Below, piece by piece: positions 20,142 through 29,709 of a stretch of DNA of 64,000 bases (position 1 is the first letter of the stretch; each line of letters starts with the position of its first letter). Source of the DNA: Candidatus Binatia bacterium (GTDB taxonomy: Bacteria; Desulfobacterota; Binatia; UBA9968; JAJDTQ01); assembly GCA_963666515.2 (NCBI GenBank), contig OY762897.2:1-64000 (forward strand). Reading direction: 5' to 3'. The notes beneath the pieces were generated by a model. That model did no database searches and was not told where the DNA came from. It was given only the letters and a program-made list of their open reading frames with translations. The translations under genes were made by a program, and so were the position numbers.

Positions 20142-20480
20142 ATGGCACGGCCCAGGATACGGCACATCGCCATCAACACCCACGACCGCGACAAGGTGGC
20201 GGACTACTACAAGGAGCACTTCGGTCTGGAGGAGAAGAGCCGGGGACCCAACGGCACCATCTACCTCTCCGACGGGCACGTCGACGTGGCCCTGATCAGC
20301 AGCCCGAACCTGCCCTACGGCATTCACCACTTCGGCTTCGTGGTGGACAGCGTCAAGGCCGTCGAGGAGTCCGTGAAGGCCACCGCCAACGCCAACACCT
20401 ACGGCGCCATCGCGGAGAGCTGGATCACCGATCCCGAGGAAAACCGAGTGGACGTGTCGGAGCACGGCTGGCCCGTTTGA
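20142..20480 (+). CDS. VOC/glyoxalase-family protein
   Basis: IRHIAI, YLSDGH, GIHHFGFVVD and DPEENRVDVS motifs. Confidence 0.85.
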   Translation: MARPRIRHIAINTHDRDKVADYYKEHFGLEEKSRGPNGTIYLSDGHVDVALISSPNLPYGIHHFGFVVDSVKAVEESVKATANANTYGAIAESWITDPEENRVDVSEHGWPV

Positions 20481-20513
20481 GCCGGCTGGGTGTCGGGGCG
20501 AACGGAGGTACCC

Positions 20514-21212
20514 ATGAGCGAGTGGACGAAAGCGCGCACCGTCGTCGACGACATGGTCAACCGGCATTTCGAGAGCGCCGAATACCGGCGCATCTTCGGC
20601 GTCCGTCTCACCCCGGCGCGCCAGGCCATTCTCGACCTCCACTATCCCCACTACATCAAGAGCCGGCGCGACTGCTGGGCGGTGGCCGCGGGCAAGGCGC
20701 CGCTGGACGTCAAGCGGGCCATCTGGGAGCACGAGAAGGACGAGCTGATCTTCGACGAGCGGCTGGGCGCGGCTCACCTCACCGACGAGGACATGGCCGG
20801 GGCCACGGACGAGGCCAACCTCTTGCCGGGGGCGCGGGCGGCGTTCTGGGCGTGGTTCCACCTGTGCTCCACGCGTTCGTGGATCGAGGCCCTGATGGTC
20901 AACCACACCACCGAGCGCAAGAACAACAACGAGATCGTCAAGGGCGGCGGCTTTACCCACCGCATGGCCATGAAGAAGGCGCGCGAGATCGTCGGCTCGG
21001 TGGAGAAGCTCGACGCCAACACCCAGCTCCACATGACCGCGGACATCGGCCACTCGGACATGTTCGATCCCGTGTTCGAGAAGTACGTGCGCGACGCGGA
21101 GACCGGCGCGCTGATCATCCGGGCGGCCCGGGACTGCCTGGCGCTGGACCGGGCGTACCGCGGGACGCTGGGGTCGGCGATGGTGGAAGTGCCGGAGACG
21201 CAGGCGGCGTAG
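20514..21212 (+). CDS. Heme-oxygenase-like diiron (PqqC/CADD-like) enzyme 1
   Basis: HEKDE..AAH, TTE and HMTADIGH match the CADD-type E..H/E/HxxxDxxH ligand pattern. Confidence 0.7.
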   Translation: MSEWTKARTVVDDMVNRHFESAEYRRIFGVRLTPARQAILDLHYPHYIKSRRDCWAVAAGKAPLDVKRAIWEHEKDELIFDERLGAAHLTDEDMAGATDEANLLPGARAAFWAWFHLCSTRSWIEALMVNHTTERKNNNEIVKGGGFTHRMAMKKAREIVGSVEKLDANTQLHMTADIGHSDMFDPVFEKYVRDAETGALIIRAARDCLALDRAYRGTLGSAMVEVPETQAA

Positions 21213-21289
21213 TCCGCCGGACGGCAGGCAAGACCCGGCGGAAGTACCGCGACGGGCCGGCGCATTCACGACACGCTACCGGAGAACTC

Positions 21290-22855
21290 ATGGGCACGGT
21301 CATGGGCAGGAACGGCATGGTCGCCTGCAGCCAGCGTTTGGCGTCGCTGGCGGGCGTCCAGGTGCTGGCGGAGGGCGGCAATGCGGTGGACGCGGCCGTT
21401 GCCACCGCCGCCATGCTCGGCGTGCTGGAGCCCATGTCCATCGGCATCGGCGGCGACGCCTTCGCGCTCCTCTACGTCGCCGACACCGGCGAGATGAAGG
21501 CGCTGGACGCCAGCGGCCGGTCTCCCTACGGCGTCGATGCGGAGGCCTTCCGCAAGGAGGGTCTGGACGCGGTGCCGCAGACCGGCATCCACTCGGTGAC
21601 GGTGCCCGGCGCGGTGCACGGGTGGGAGACGCTGCTCGAAGCCCACGGCACGCGCACGCTGGCGGCGGTCCTGGAGCCCGCCATCCGCTATGCCGCGGAA
21701 GGCTTCCCGGTGAGCGCCTTCACCAGCGAGGAGTGGCGCGGCCTGGAGGGCAAACTCCGGAAGAACGAGGAAGCGGCCGCGGGCTATCTGGTGGACGGGC
21801 GCGCGCCGCGGCCGGGGGAGATCTTCCGGCAGCCGGACCTGGCCCGGACGTTGCGCGGCATCGCCGAGGGGGGCGCCGAATACTTCTACCGCGGCGAGGT
21901 GGCGGAGAAGCTCGTGTTCTGCTCCCGCAAGCTGGGAGGCGCCTTCAGCATGCGCGACATGGAGGAACACGCCTCCGAGTGGGTGGAGCCCATCCACGCC
22001 TCCTACCGCGGCCACGAGGTGTACCAGTTGCCACCGGCCACACAGGGGTTCGTGGCGCTGGAGATGCTCGGGATCCTGGAGGACTACGACCTGGGTTCCC
22101 TTGAGCACAACGGCGCCGACCACCTGCACCTCTTCATCGAAGCCAAGAAGCGCGCCTTTGCCGACCGCGAGCTTTACCTCGCCGACCGCGACAGCATGAC
22201 CGTGAGCTGGCGCGACCTTCTGTCCGGAGCACGCATCGGCGCGATGCGGAGCGGCATATCCATGGACGCGGCGGCGGCGCGCGTGGACGCGGCGCCGGTG
22301 GAAGGGGACACGGAGTACGTGGCCGTGGCCGACGGCCGGGGCAACCGGGTGTCGTTCATCCAGAGCCTGTTCATGGGCTTCGGCTCGGGCGTGGCGGTGG
22401 AAGACACCGGCATCGTGCTCCAGAACCGCGGCCACATGTTCTGTCTCGACGAAGGGCACCCCAACTGCCTCGGCCCCCACAAGCGTTGCAGCCACACGCT
22501 CATGCCGGGCATGGTGTGCCGGGACGGGCGGCCGGTGCTGGTGGTGGGGCTCAAGGGCGGCCACGTGCAGGCTCAGGTGCAGAGCCAGATCATCGCCAAC
22601 GTGGTGGACTTCGGCATGGACGCGCAGGAGGCGCTGGCGGCGCCGCGCTTCAACCACCTGTCGGGGCTGGAGGTCGCGCTGGAGCCGGGAGTCGCGCCCA
22701 ACACCGTGAGCGGCCTGAAGGCGCGCGGCCACCGCGTTGTGTCCGGGACGCCCGAGAGCTTCGGCGGCGCCCACGCCGTCGCCATTGAGCCGGAGACCGG
22801 CGTGCTGATGGGCGGGTCGGACCCGCGCAAGGACGGCTGCGCCATCGGGTTTTGA
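21290..22855 (+). CDS. ggt: Gamma-glutamyltransferase-family Ntn hydrolase
   Basis: GGNAVDAAVA, GIGGDAF, VTVPG, GDT nucleophile, LQNRG and SDPRKDG motifs. Confidence 0.9.
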   Translation: MGTVMGRNGMVACSQRLASLAGVQVLAEGGNAVDAAVATAAMLGVLEPMSIGIGGDAFALLYVADTGEMKALDASGRSPYGVDAEAFRKEGLDAVPQTGIHSVTVPGAVHGWETLLEAHGTRTLAAVLEPAIRYAAEGFPVSAFTSEEWRGLEGKLRKNEEAAAGYLVDGRAPRPGEIFRQPDLARTLRGIAEGGAEYFYRGEVAEKLVFCSRKLGGAFSMRDMEEHASEWVEPIHASYRGHEVYQLPPATQGFVALEMLGILEDYDLGSLEHNGADHLHLFIEAKKRAFADRELYLADRDSMTVSWRDLLSGARIGAMRSGISMDAAAARVDAAPVEGDTEYVAVADGRGNRVSFIQSLFMGFGSGVAVEDTGIVLQNRGHMFCLDEGHPNCLGPHKRCSHTLMPGMVCRDGRPVLVVGLKGGHVQAQVQSQIIANVVDFGMDAQEALAAPRFNHLSGLEVALEPGVAPNTVSGLKARGHRVVSGTPESFGGAHAVAIEPETGVLMGGSDPRKDGCAIGF

Positions 22856-22897
22856 TTCGTGTCGAGTCCCGGTGACGCCAGTCGGGAGGGATCGAGC

Positions 22898-23614
22898 ATG
22901 GAAGTTCACGAGTGGCGCAAGGCCATCGGCGACATCGTGCGGGAGCATTCTGCTTCCGACGTCGTGACCCGCTACTTCGACCTGAAGCAGACGCCGTTGC
23001 GCGCCCAGGTGATCGTCCGGGAGCTGGCCCACTTCATACGCCACCGCCGGGACTGCTGGGCCCACGTGTCGGGGAACTGCCCGGTCTGGTCGGTGAAGCA
23101 GAAGATCCTGCAGCACGAGTACGGGGAGGTGATCAAGGACGAGTTCAGCGAGCACGGCCACATCACCCTGATCCTGAACCAGGGCAAGACGGTGGGACTC
23201 GAGCCGGAGGACATCCTGAACGCCGACCCGCTTCCCACCACCCGCGCCGTGCTCTACGCCTGGGGCTGGATCACCCGCGAGAAGCCCTGGCTGGAGGGGC
23301 TGGCGGCGCTGACGGTGACCGAGTGGTGCAACGACGACCGCCTGCTGGGGGACCACGGCGGCGGCCATTCCACGCGCATGGGCCGGCGCTGGAGCGAGGA
23401 CATGGGCTTCAAGATGAAGGAGATGCCCAACTTCGACGTCCACTCGCAGGCCGACGAGGAGCACAGCGACATGTTCCTGCCCGATCTCGAGAAGCACGCC
23501 ACCGGCCCTTTGCAGGAAAAGACGCTGCGCGCCGTCAAGGAATCCATGGAGCTCATGACCATCTATCGCGCCGGCGTGCTGGAGGCCATGGAGCGCATAC
23601 CGGTGGACGGCTGA
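22898..23614 (+). CDS. Heme-oxygenase-like diiron enzyme 2
   Basis: HEYGE..HGH, VTE and HSQADEEH motifs. Confidence 0.75.
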   Translation: MEVHEWRKAIGDIVREHSASDVVTRYFDLKQTPLRAQVIVRELAHFIRHRRDCWAHVSGNCPVWSVKQKILQHEYGEVIKDEFSEHGHITLILNQGKTVGLEPEDILNADPLPTTRAVLYAWGWITREKPWLEGLAALTVTEWCNDDRLLGDHGGGHSTRMGRRWSEDMGFKMKEMPNFDVHSQADEEHSDMFLPDLEKHATGPLQEKTLRAVKESMELMTIYRAGVLEAMERIPVDG

Positions 23615-23627
23615 AAGGAGTGACGGG

Positions 23628-24338
23628 ATGGATGCGACGGTAGCAGGGTACGACGAGTCCTTGAACCAGTTGACCCGGGACGCGTTTGCCGTCCCCGAAG
23701 TCCAGGCGTTCTATGAGATGCGGCTCACCCCGCGGCGGGCGCAGATCATCGCGCAGCAGTTCGGCCTGTTCGTGCGCGGCCGGCGCTCGGCCTGGGCCTA
23801 CCTCATCGCCCGCTGTCCGCACATGGAGGTCAAGAAGGAGCTGCTCGCCCACGAGACCGAGGAGATGCTGTTCGATCCGCGCTGCGGCTCGGACCACTAC
23901 ACCCTGTGGGTGCGGCACGGCGAGGCCGTGGGCCTCACCGCGGACGAGGTGCACGACGCGCGGCCGCTGCCCACCACCCGGGCGGCCATCTGCGGCTGGA
24001 GCTGGCTGGCGTTCAACCTGTCGTGGCTCGAAGGTCTCGGCGGCGTGGCGGTGCTGGAGAGGGTCAACCTCGACCCGATCATTCCCGGCGGCGCGCACCA
24101 GACCCGCGCCCAGGAGCGCTGGACGAAGGACCTCGGTCTTACCCTGGAGCAGCTACCCAATTTCAAGCTGCACCGCGAGGCCGATACCGACCACAAGGGC
24201 CAGACCATGGAGCTGTTGGCCAACTACGCCAGGACGGACGTCGAGTGGGAGGGCATCCTGGACGCCGCGCGCCAGTCGCTGGAGTTCTGGCAGGTGTTTC
24301 TCGGCGGCGTCGGCCGCGCCATGGAAGCGGTCGAGTGA
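23628..24338 (+). CDS. Heme-oxygenase-like diiron enzyme 3
   Basis: HETEE..SDH, VLE and HREADTDH motifs. Confidence 0.75.
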   Translation: MDATVAGYDESLNQLTRDAFAVPEVQAFYEMRLTPRRAQIIAQQFGLFVRGRRSAWAYLIARCPHMEVKKELLAHETEEMLFDPRCGSDHYTLWVRHGEAVGLTADEVHDARPLPTTRAAICGWSWLAFNLSWLEGLGGVAVLERVNLDPIIPGGAHQTRAQERWTKDLGLTLEQLPNFKLHREADTDHKGQTMELLANYARTDVEWEGILDAARQSLEFWQVFLGGVGRAMEAVE

Positions 24339-24387
24339 CCGCGTCCGGTCCAGCGGAAAACATGCACGAAAGAGAAAGGGAGCAACC

Positions 24388-24819
24388 ATGACACGATTGA
24401 GGCACATCGCCATCGCCACCAAGGATCCGGAAAAGACCGCCGCGTTCTACCAGAAGGTGTTCGGTCTCAAGTTCGTCAAGAAGGTGCCCGACTCGCCCCG
24501 CGGGGGCGGCGTGTTCCTCTCCGACGGGCACATCAACTTCGCGTTCCTGAACTATCCTTCGGACGAGGCCGCGGACATGGTGGGAGGGGCCAGCTACGAG
24601 GGGCTCCACCACATGGGGTTTCAGGTGGACGACCTCAAGGAGGCCAAAACACGGCTGGAGGGGACGGAGGCGGAACTGCTCGGCGACGCCGTGGGCTCGC
24701 ACCACAGCTTCTACTTCGAGCAGAAGGTGCGGGGTCCTCACGGCATCATCATGGACATGTCCACCCAAGGCTGGGACCTGGAGCCGCCGGAGGCCGCCCC
24801 CGCCGAAAAGAAGGCCTGA
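24388..24819 (+). CDS. VOC/glyoxalase-family protein
   Basis: LRHIAI, FLSDGHINFA and GLHHMGFQVDD motifs. Confidence 0.85.
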   Translation: MTRLRHIAIATKDPEKTAAFYQKVFGLKFVKKVPDSPRGGGVFLSDGHINFAFLNYPSDEAADMVGGASYEGLHHMGFQVDDLKEAKTRLEGTEAELLGDAVGSHHSFYFEQKVRGPHGIIMDMSTQGWDLEPPEAAPAEKKA

Positions 24820-24840
24820 GGGTGTTCGCCGCGCGGGCCG

Positions 24841-25743
24841 TCAGACGCCGGTGGCCTTCAGGGCGTCGGCGACGGTCTGCATCGCTTCCTCGGTAAGCTC
24901 CTCGGAAGGCCATCGCGGGTAGCGCTTGATCCTGAAGCCCCGCGCCCGCATGGCCTCGCGATGGGCGCTGCGGCCGAAACGCTGCCCCAGCCGGCCGATG
25001 GTCCGGCCGAAGTCGTCGGCCTTCTTCTGCAGCGGAATCGCTGCCGCGTAGTCCTTCCGCTCCAGCGCCTCCCACAGAGCCACGCAGATCTCGGGGATGG
25101 CGCTGGTCAACGGCGGGATGGCGCCGCTCAGCCCGTGGGGCGTCGCCGGCAGCAGGTCGATGCTGTTGCCCGACATGACCGCGAAGTCCTCGGGCATGGC
25201 CTCCAGATAGCCCATTAGCGGCCCTTGGGCGTAGTAGCTCGCCTTCATGCCGCACAGCGAGGGAACTTCCTTCTGCAGGGCCTTGGCCGTCGCCGGCGTG
25301 AAGGCCCAGCCGGAATACTTGACGTTGTCGTACAGGAACAGCGGGGTGCCGTTGACCGCGGCCGCCACCGCCTTGTAGTGCGCGGTAATCTCCCACGGCG
25401 TGTGGTCGGTGTAGTAGTACGGCGGCACCACGGCCACCGCGTCCACGCCCAGGCCCTGCGAGTGTTGAGCCAGCCGGCAGGTGGTCTGCACGTCCGCGGC
25501 GCCCGCGTGCATGATCACCGGGAGGCGTCCGCGCCCGCGCGCCACGACGAATTCCGCGGTGGCGAGTCGCTGTTCCGTCGTCATGGCCGGTCCCATGCCG
25601 GTGGAGCCCAGCACGAAGAGGCCCTGCACGCCGGCTTCGATGTTGAACTCCAGCATGTCGCTCAGCACGTCGAAATCCACCTCGCCGTCGTCGTCGAAGG
25701 TGGTCAGGGTCGGGATGAAGATGCCGCGGAATCGGGGTTTCAT
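24841..25743 (-). CDS. DHDPS/NAL-family class I aldolase
   Basis: LGSTG, VVPPYY, LYDN and GMKAS (Schiff-base Lys) motifs. Confidence 0.88.
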   Translation of the reverse strand: MKPRFRGIFIPTLTTFDDDGEVDFDVLSDMLEFNIEAGVQGLFVLGSTGMGPAMTTEQRLATAEFVVARGRGRLPVIMHAGAADVQTTCRLAQHSQGLGVDAVAVVPPYYYTDHTPWEITAHYKAVAAAVNGTPLFLYDNVKYSGWAFTPATAKALQKEVPSLCGMKASYYAQGPLMGYLEAMPEDFAVMSGNSIDLLPATPHGLSGAIPPLTSAIPEICVALWEALERKDYAAAIPLQKKADDFGRTIGRLGQRFGRSAHREAMRARGFRIKRYPRWPSEELTEEAMQTVADALKATGV

Positions 25744-25824
25744 GAATGCCTCCCTGCACGGCGCACGGCTGATGGCAAGTGTCCGTGTCGAGTCTTCAGG
25801 AACGGCTCCCGCCGTTCCCAAATC

Positions 25825-25867
25825 AAGAGGGGCATGCCTCCGAAGCCCGGAAGCATGCCCCTTTCTT
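25825..25867 (-). terminator. Stem-loop downstream of the SBP gene
   Basis: AAGAGGGGCATGCCTCCG-loop-CGGAAGCATGCCCCTTTCTT inverted repeat. Confidence 0.5.
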
Positions 25868-25888
25868 CGCTTGCGGGAACCTGTCCCG

Positions 25889-27409
25889 CTACTTCACCCT
25901 GATGTCCATGCCGTAGATGCGGGAGTCGGCCGGGGGCTGATAGTCGATGCCTTGCGACATGCCCCACAGGAACTCGTGCCGCCACTGGAAGCAGGCGGGC
26001 GCCATGTCGGTGATCAACTCCATGGCCTCGGAGAGGTACTCGTTCCGCTTCTTCGGATCGAACTCCTGTTGCTCCCTGTCGAGGGCTGCGTCGATGGCGG
26101 GATGGGAGAAGCCGATCCGCGGCGAGCCGCCCTTACGGAAATACTGGTGGAACGCCGAGCTCGGATCGAGAACGCCGCCGCGGCCCATGTAGAAGAACGG
26201 CACCTTGCCCTTCTGGACGTTGGCCCAGAGGGTGGGCCATTCCGGCGTCCGCAGCTTGGCCTTGAAGCCGGCGGCGTTGAGCATCGGGATCATGGCCTCG
26301 GTCACCTGCTTGTCCAGGATGTAGCGGCCGACCGGGGTCTGCAGCTCCACCTCGACGCCGAGATGCCCGGCCTTGGTGAGCAGCTCACGCGCCTTCTTGG
26401 GGTCGTAGGTGTAACGGGCCTTAAGGTTAGGGTTGTATCCCAACTGGCCGGGGCCCAGGGGCCCGTCGAGCCGTGCCGCCTGCCCTTGCAGCAGGGTCCT
26501 GATGATCTTGTCCCGGTCGATGGCGTAGCACACCGCCTGGCGCACTTCCTTCTTGTCGAAGGGCGGCTTGGGCTGCATGCCCAGGAACATGATCACGAGG
26601 GATTGGATCTTCACGATCTTGTGGTTCGGAGAGCCCTCCACCGTCTTCATCAGATGCGGCGGGATGAGCTGCGCGACCTGCACCTCGTTGTTCATGAGGG
26701 CCGCCACCCGCTGCTCGGTCTCGCGCATGACGCGGAACACGACCTCATCCGGCGCGTCGGGATTCCTCGACATGGCCGGGTGATCGGGCCGCTTGCGGAT
26801 GACCATGCGCTGTCCCTGCACCAGCTCCACCAGCTCGTAGGGGCCGCCGCCCATGTGGTGCTTCCGGTCGGCCTCGGCCGGGCCGTACTTGTCGTAGGTC
26901 GCCTTGCTGGTGATGATCAGGCCGTCACAGAGGAAGTCCAGCAGCGGGGCGGTGGGTTTGTGGGTGGTGACCTGCACGGTGAAGTCGCTGAGCGCCTTGA
27001 CCTCCTTGACCGGCCGGGCCACGGATGCCTTCTGCTTGCTCTGCGGGTCGTTGAAGATGCGCCAGATGGAGTGGACGATGTCGTGGGCCGTCACCGGGCT
27101 GCCGTCGTTGAACTTGTAGCGCTGGTCCAGCTCGAACACCCAGTTGTTGGGGTCGACAACCTTCCAGCTCTTGGCCAGCCGCGGCTCCCAACTGCCGTTG
27201 CTCCAGTTGTACTTGCACAGGGGGCCGGCCAGCTCGGTGTAGATGCCGTAGAGCAGCGCCACGCTGTCGCCGTACGGGTTGTGGGTCTCCATGGTCTCGG
27301 TGGCGCCGATGGTGACCCGGGTCTGCGCCAAGGACACCGTGGCGGTGAGGCACAGGGCCAGGGCCGCGACGAACAGCGCCAGGATTGTGGTCCGTAAACG
27401 ATTTTGCAT
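25889..27409 (-). CDS. ABC substrate-binding protein, family 5 (peptide/nickel type)
   Basis: Signal peptide; PRLAKSW, KFNDGSPVTA, VRQAVCYAIDR and YDPKKARELL motifs. Confidence 0.9.
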   Translation of the reverse strand: MQNRLRTTILALFVAALALCLTATVSLAQTRVTIGATETMETHNPYGDSVALLYGIYTELAGPLCKYNWSNGSWEPRLAKSWKVVDPNNWVFELDQRYKFNDGSPVTAHDIVHSIWRIFNDPQSKQKASVARPVKEVKALSDFTVQVTTHKPTAPLLDFLCDGLIITSKATYDKYGPAEADRKHHMGGGPYELVELVQGQRMVIRKRPDHPAMSRNPDAPDEVVFRVMRETEQRVAALMNNEVQVAQLIPPHLMKTVEGSPNHKIVKIQSLVIMFLGMQPKPPFDKKEVRQAVCYAIDRDKIIRTLLQGQAARLDGPLGPGQLGYNPNLKARYTYDPKKARELLTKAGHLGVEVELQTPVGRYILDKQVTEAMIPMLNAAGFKAKLRTPEWPTLWANVQKGKVPFFYMGRGGVLDPSSAFHQYFRKGGSPRIGFSHPAIDAALDREQQEFDPKKRNEYLSEAMELITDMAPACFQWRHEFLWGMSQGIDYQPPADSRIYGMDIRVK

Positions 27410-27463
27410 GTCAGTCTCCCTTCCGATGGTTGACGATAGATACCCACCTTGGGTGATTCGGCG

Positions 27464-27492
27464 CTTCTACCAACGTGCCGTAGAGTTGTCAA
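27464..27492 (-). promoter_or_regulatory. Putative sigma70 promoter of the SBP gene
   Basis: Minus strand TTGACA-17 bp-TAGAAG with an upstream TG. Confidence 0.45.
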
Positions 27493-27533
27493 CCACTACA
27501 CTGCGCTCTGTGCGGCCGGACGGCCCGGTTGCA

Positions 27534-27557
27534 AGGGGCGGTTTCGAACGCGCCCCT
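27534..27557. repeat. REP-like hairpin or terminator
   Basis: AGGGGCG-GTTTCGAACG-CGCCCCT at the end of the TauE gene. Confidence 0.4.
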
Positions 27558-28278
27558 ATAGCAGCACCGCGGCAAGGCCGCCGGCCACCACGACGCCGGT
27601 GGCGAGCCAGCGAAACGCCGCCACCGAGACTCGCGCCCGGAGCCACGCCCCGGTGAAGTAGCCCAAGGCGATGCCGGGCAGACCGTACAGCACGAGCCGC
27701 CCGACGGCCGGAGTGAGCAGGTCCATCTCCCAGTAGAAGGGCAGCGAGAACGCAGAGATGATCAGGAAGTAGGCGATCAGGGTGGCGCGGAAGCGGGCGG
27801 GGTCCCAGCGCTGCTTGAGCCCGAACAGCACCAGGGGCGGTCCGGACACCGAGGTGCTGGCGGCGAGAAAGCCGGCTATCAGGCCGGTGGCTGCGCAGGG
27901 CGCGAACTCCCGCGTGAACGGCGGCCCGGGTTTCACCTGCAGCAGCAGCGCCAGGACGATCATCAGCAAGCCGATGCCCCGTTGCAGCGTGACCGTGTCC
28001 ACCTCTCGCAGTACGACGGCGCCCAGCGGCACCATCAGGGCCGAGCTTGCCGCGAGGGTGGCGAGCCGCCGCCGGTCGACGTCGCCGCGGAGCTGGATGA
28101 TCTGGGCGATGCCCAGGGGCAGGTAGAGGAGGACGATGCCGGGCACCACCACGGTGGCGGGCAGCGCCACCACCAGCGGCGGCACCGAAAGGATCATCAT
28201 GCCGGCCCCGGTGATCCCTTGCAGGCTCGCGGCCGTGAGCACCACGGCGAAGGCGTAGAGTCCCGTTTCCCAGCCCAC
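27556..28278 (-). CDS. TauE/SafE-family exporter
   Basis: LQGITGAG, STSVSGPPLV and FRATL motifs; hydrophobic; start uncertain. Confidence 0.82.
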   Translation of the reverse strand: MGWETGLYAFAVVLTAASLQGITGAGMMILSVPPLVVALPATVVVPGIVLLYLPLGIAQIIQLRGDVDRRRLATLAASSALMVPLGAVVLREVDTVTLQRGIGLLMIVLALLLQVKPGPPFTREFAPCAATGLIAGFLAASTSVSGPPLVLFGLKQRWDPARFRATLIAYFLIISAFSLPFYWEMDLLTPAVGRLVLYGLPGIALGYFTGAWLRARVSVAAFRWLATGVVVAGGLAAVLL

Positions 28279-28310
28279 CTCAGCGTCCTGTTCCACCAGG
28301 CGGCACGCCG

Positions 28311-29699
28311 TCAGCCTGCGAAGTAACCCAGGTGGCGCAACCAGACGAACTGAAGCGGCAGCGTCACGACCCACGCCAGCAGCGTCAGGGCCAGCAGCAG
28401 CCGGGTGGCGTCCGCGACCCGCATCCCGGCCATGCGCGAGGCTACCACCAGCGGCGGCAACTCATAAGGGAAGGGGACCATGGACCAATTGACGGCCTGC
28501 GCCAGCAGCACGGTGGCCACCGGCCAGCCGGTGACGGCGCTGAGGTCCCCGGCCAGGGTGGCGGCGATGACGGGCTCGCCCGGAACCGTGGTGGCCATGC
28601 TGATGATCATGCCCACGGCGCTCATGGCGGCGAGATTGAACAGGTCGCGGCCGGGCTCGATGGGGAGCTTGTCCAGCAGCCAACCCCCCAGCAGGTCTCC
28701 CAGGCCGCCGTGCGCCACCACCGATCCCATGCCGACGATGCCGCATATGAAGAGCCACGGCCCGAGGTTGACCTTGCCGGCGAGGGAGGTGGCCGGCATG
28801 CAGCCGACCCGCGGCAACAGGCACAGTATCCCCGCGCCCAGCGCGATCCATGCCGGCGACACCCGGTGCCAGTGGTCGGTCACCCAAAGCGCCAGGGCCG
28901 TCACCAGGATCAGCAGCAGGTTGCGTTCGGCCGTCGTCCACGGCGCGCCGCCGGCCGGCGCCTGGGCCGGTCGCAGGTCCGCGGGGAACATCGCCGCGAT
29001 CAGAAAGGGCAAGGCGAGGAGATTGACGACGCTGATGACCGGGAAGTGCAGGAGGAAATACTCGCCGTAGGTGATGTGGATGCCGTGGATGCTCTCGGCC
29101 GCTCCCAGGAGCACCACGTTGGGAACCGCGGCCGTGAGGATGCCGAAACTCGGATAGATGCTGCCGGCGGCGACTGCCAGGGTGATGCCGGTGCGGCCCT
29201 TGCTGCCCGGTCCGAACCCCAGCCGCTCGCCCATGCTCAGAAAGATGGGCAGCATGACCAGCACCCGGCTCATGTTGGAGGGCACCAGGAAACCCATGAG
29301 GGCGGCGGTGAGGACGATGCGCCAGAGGAATCCCCGATAGGACCTGCCGAAGTAGGCCACCGCGGCCGTGGCGATGCGTGCTCCGAGACCGGTGCTCTGC
29401 ACGGCCGCGGCGATGATCAGACCGCCGAACACGAGCCAGCCCGCGGTGGAATAGAAACCGGCGAAGACCACCTCGGGCGCGGCGCCGACCAGGGTCACGG
29501 CCAGGAAGCAGAAGATGACCGCGGTGAGGTACTCGGGGACGGCCGCGGTGGCCCAGAGGCTGATGCACAGCACCACGACGCCGGCGGTGGGCAGTATCCC
29601 CGCGGGCAGTCCTGCGGGTGCCGGCGTGAAGGCCAGCGCCATGCCCGCCACGCAACCAACGGACGCCACGAACCGGTGCGGAGCTACCTTGCGGGACAC
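28311..29699 (-). CDS. SLC13/DASS-family anion permease
   Basis: LWATAAVPEY, WLVFGGL, VPSNMSR and LWVTD motifs; start uncertain. Confidence 0.82.
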   Translation of the reverse strand: MSRKVAPHRFVASVGCVAGMALAFTPAPAGLPAGILPTAGVVVLCISLWATAAVPEYLTAVIFCFLAVTLVGAAPEVVFAGFYSTAGWLVFGGLIIAAAVQSTGLGARIATAAVAYFGRSYRGFLWRIVLTAALMGFLVPSNMSRVLVMLPIFLSMGERLGFGPGSKGRTGITLAVAAGSIYPSFGILTAAVPNVVLLGAAESIHGIHITYGEYFLLHFPVISVVNLLALPFLIAAMFPADLRPAQAPAGGAPWTTAERNLLLILVTALALWVTDHWHRVSPAWIALGAGILCLLPRVGCMPATSLAGKVNLGPWLFICGIVGMGSVVAHGGLGDLLGGWLLDKLPIEPGRDLFNLAAMSAVGMIISMATTVPGEPVIAATLAGDLSAVTGWPVATVLLAQAVNWSMVPFPYELPPLVVASRMAGMRVADATRLLLALTLLAWVVTLPLQFVWLRHLGYFAG

Positions 29700-29709
29700 G
29701 ACTCCAGGG

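Noticed and set aside
19856-21289. Apparent 999-aa GGT fusion
   Set aside because: The upstream part overlaps the TctC, VOC and HDO1 genes out of frame; the real start with SD is at 21290.
20514-24338. PQQ biosynthesis, thiaminase II or RiPP cluster
   Set aside because: No pqqA/B/D/E, thiamine genes or convincing precursor peptide nearby; the ligand pattern is diiron type.
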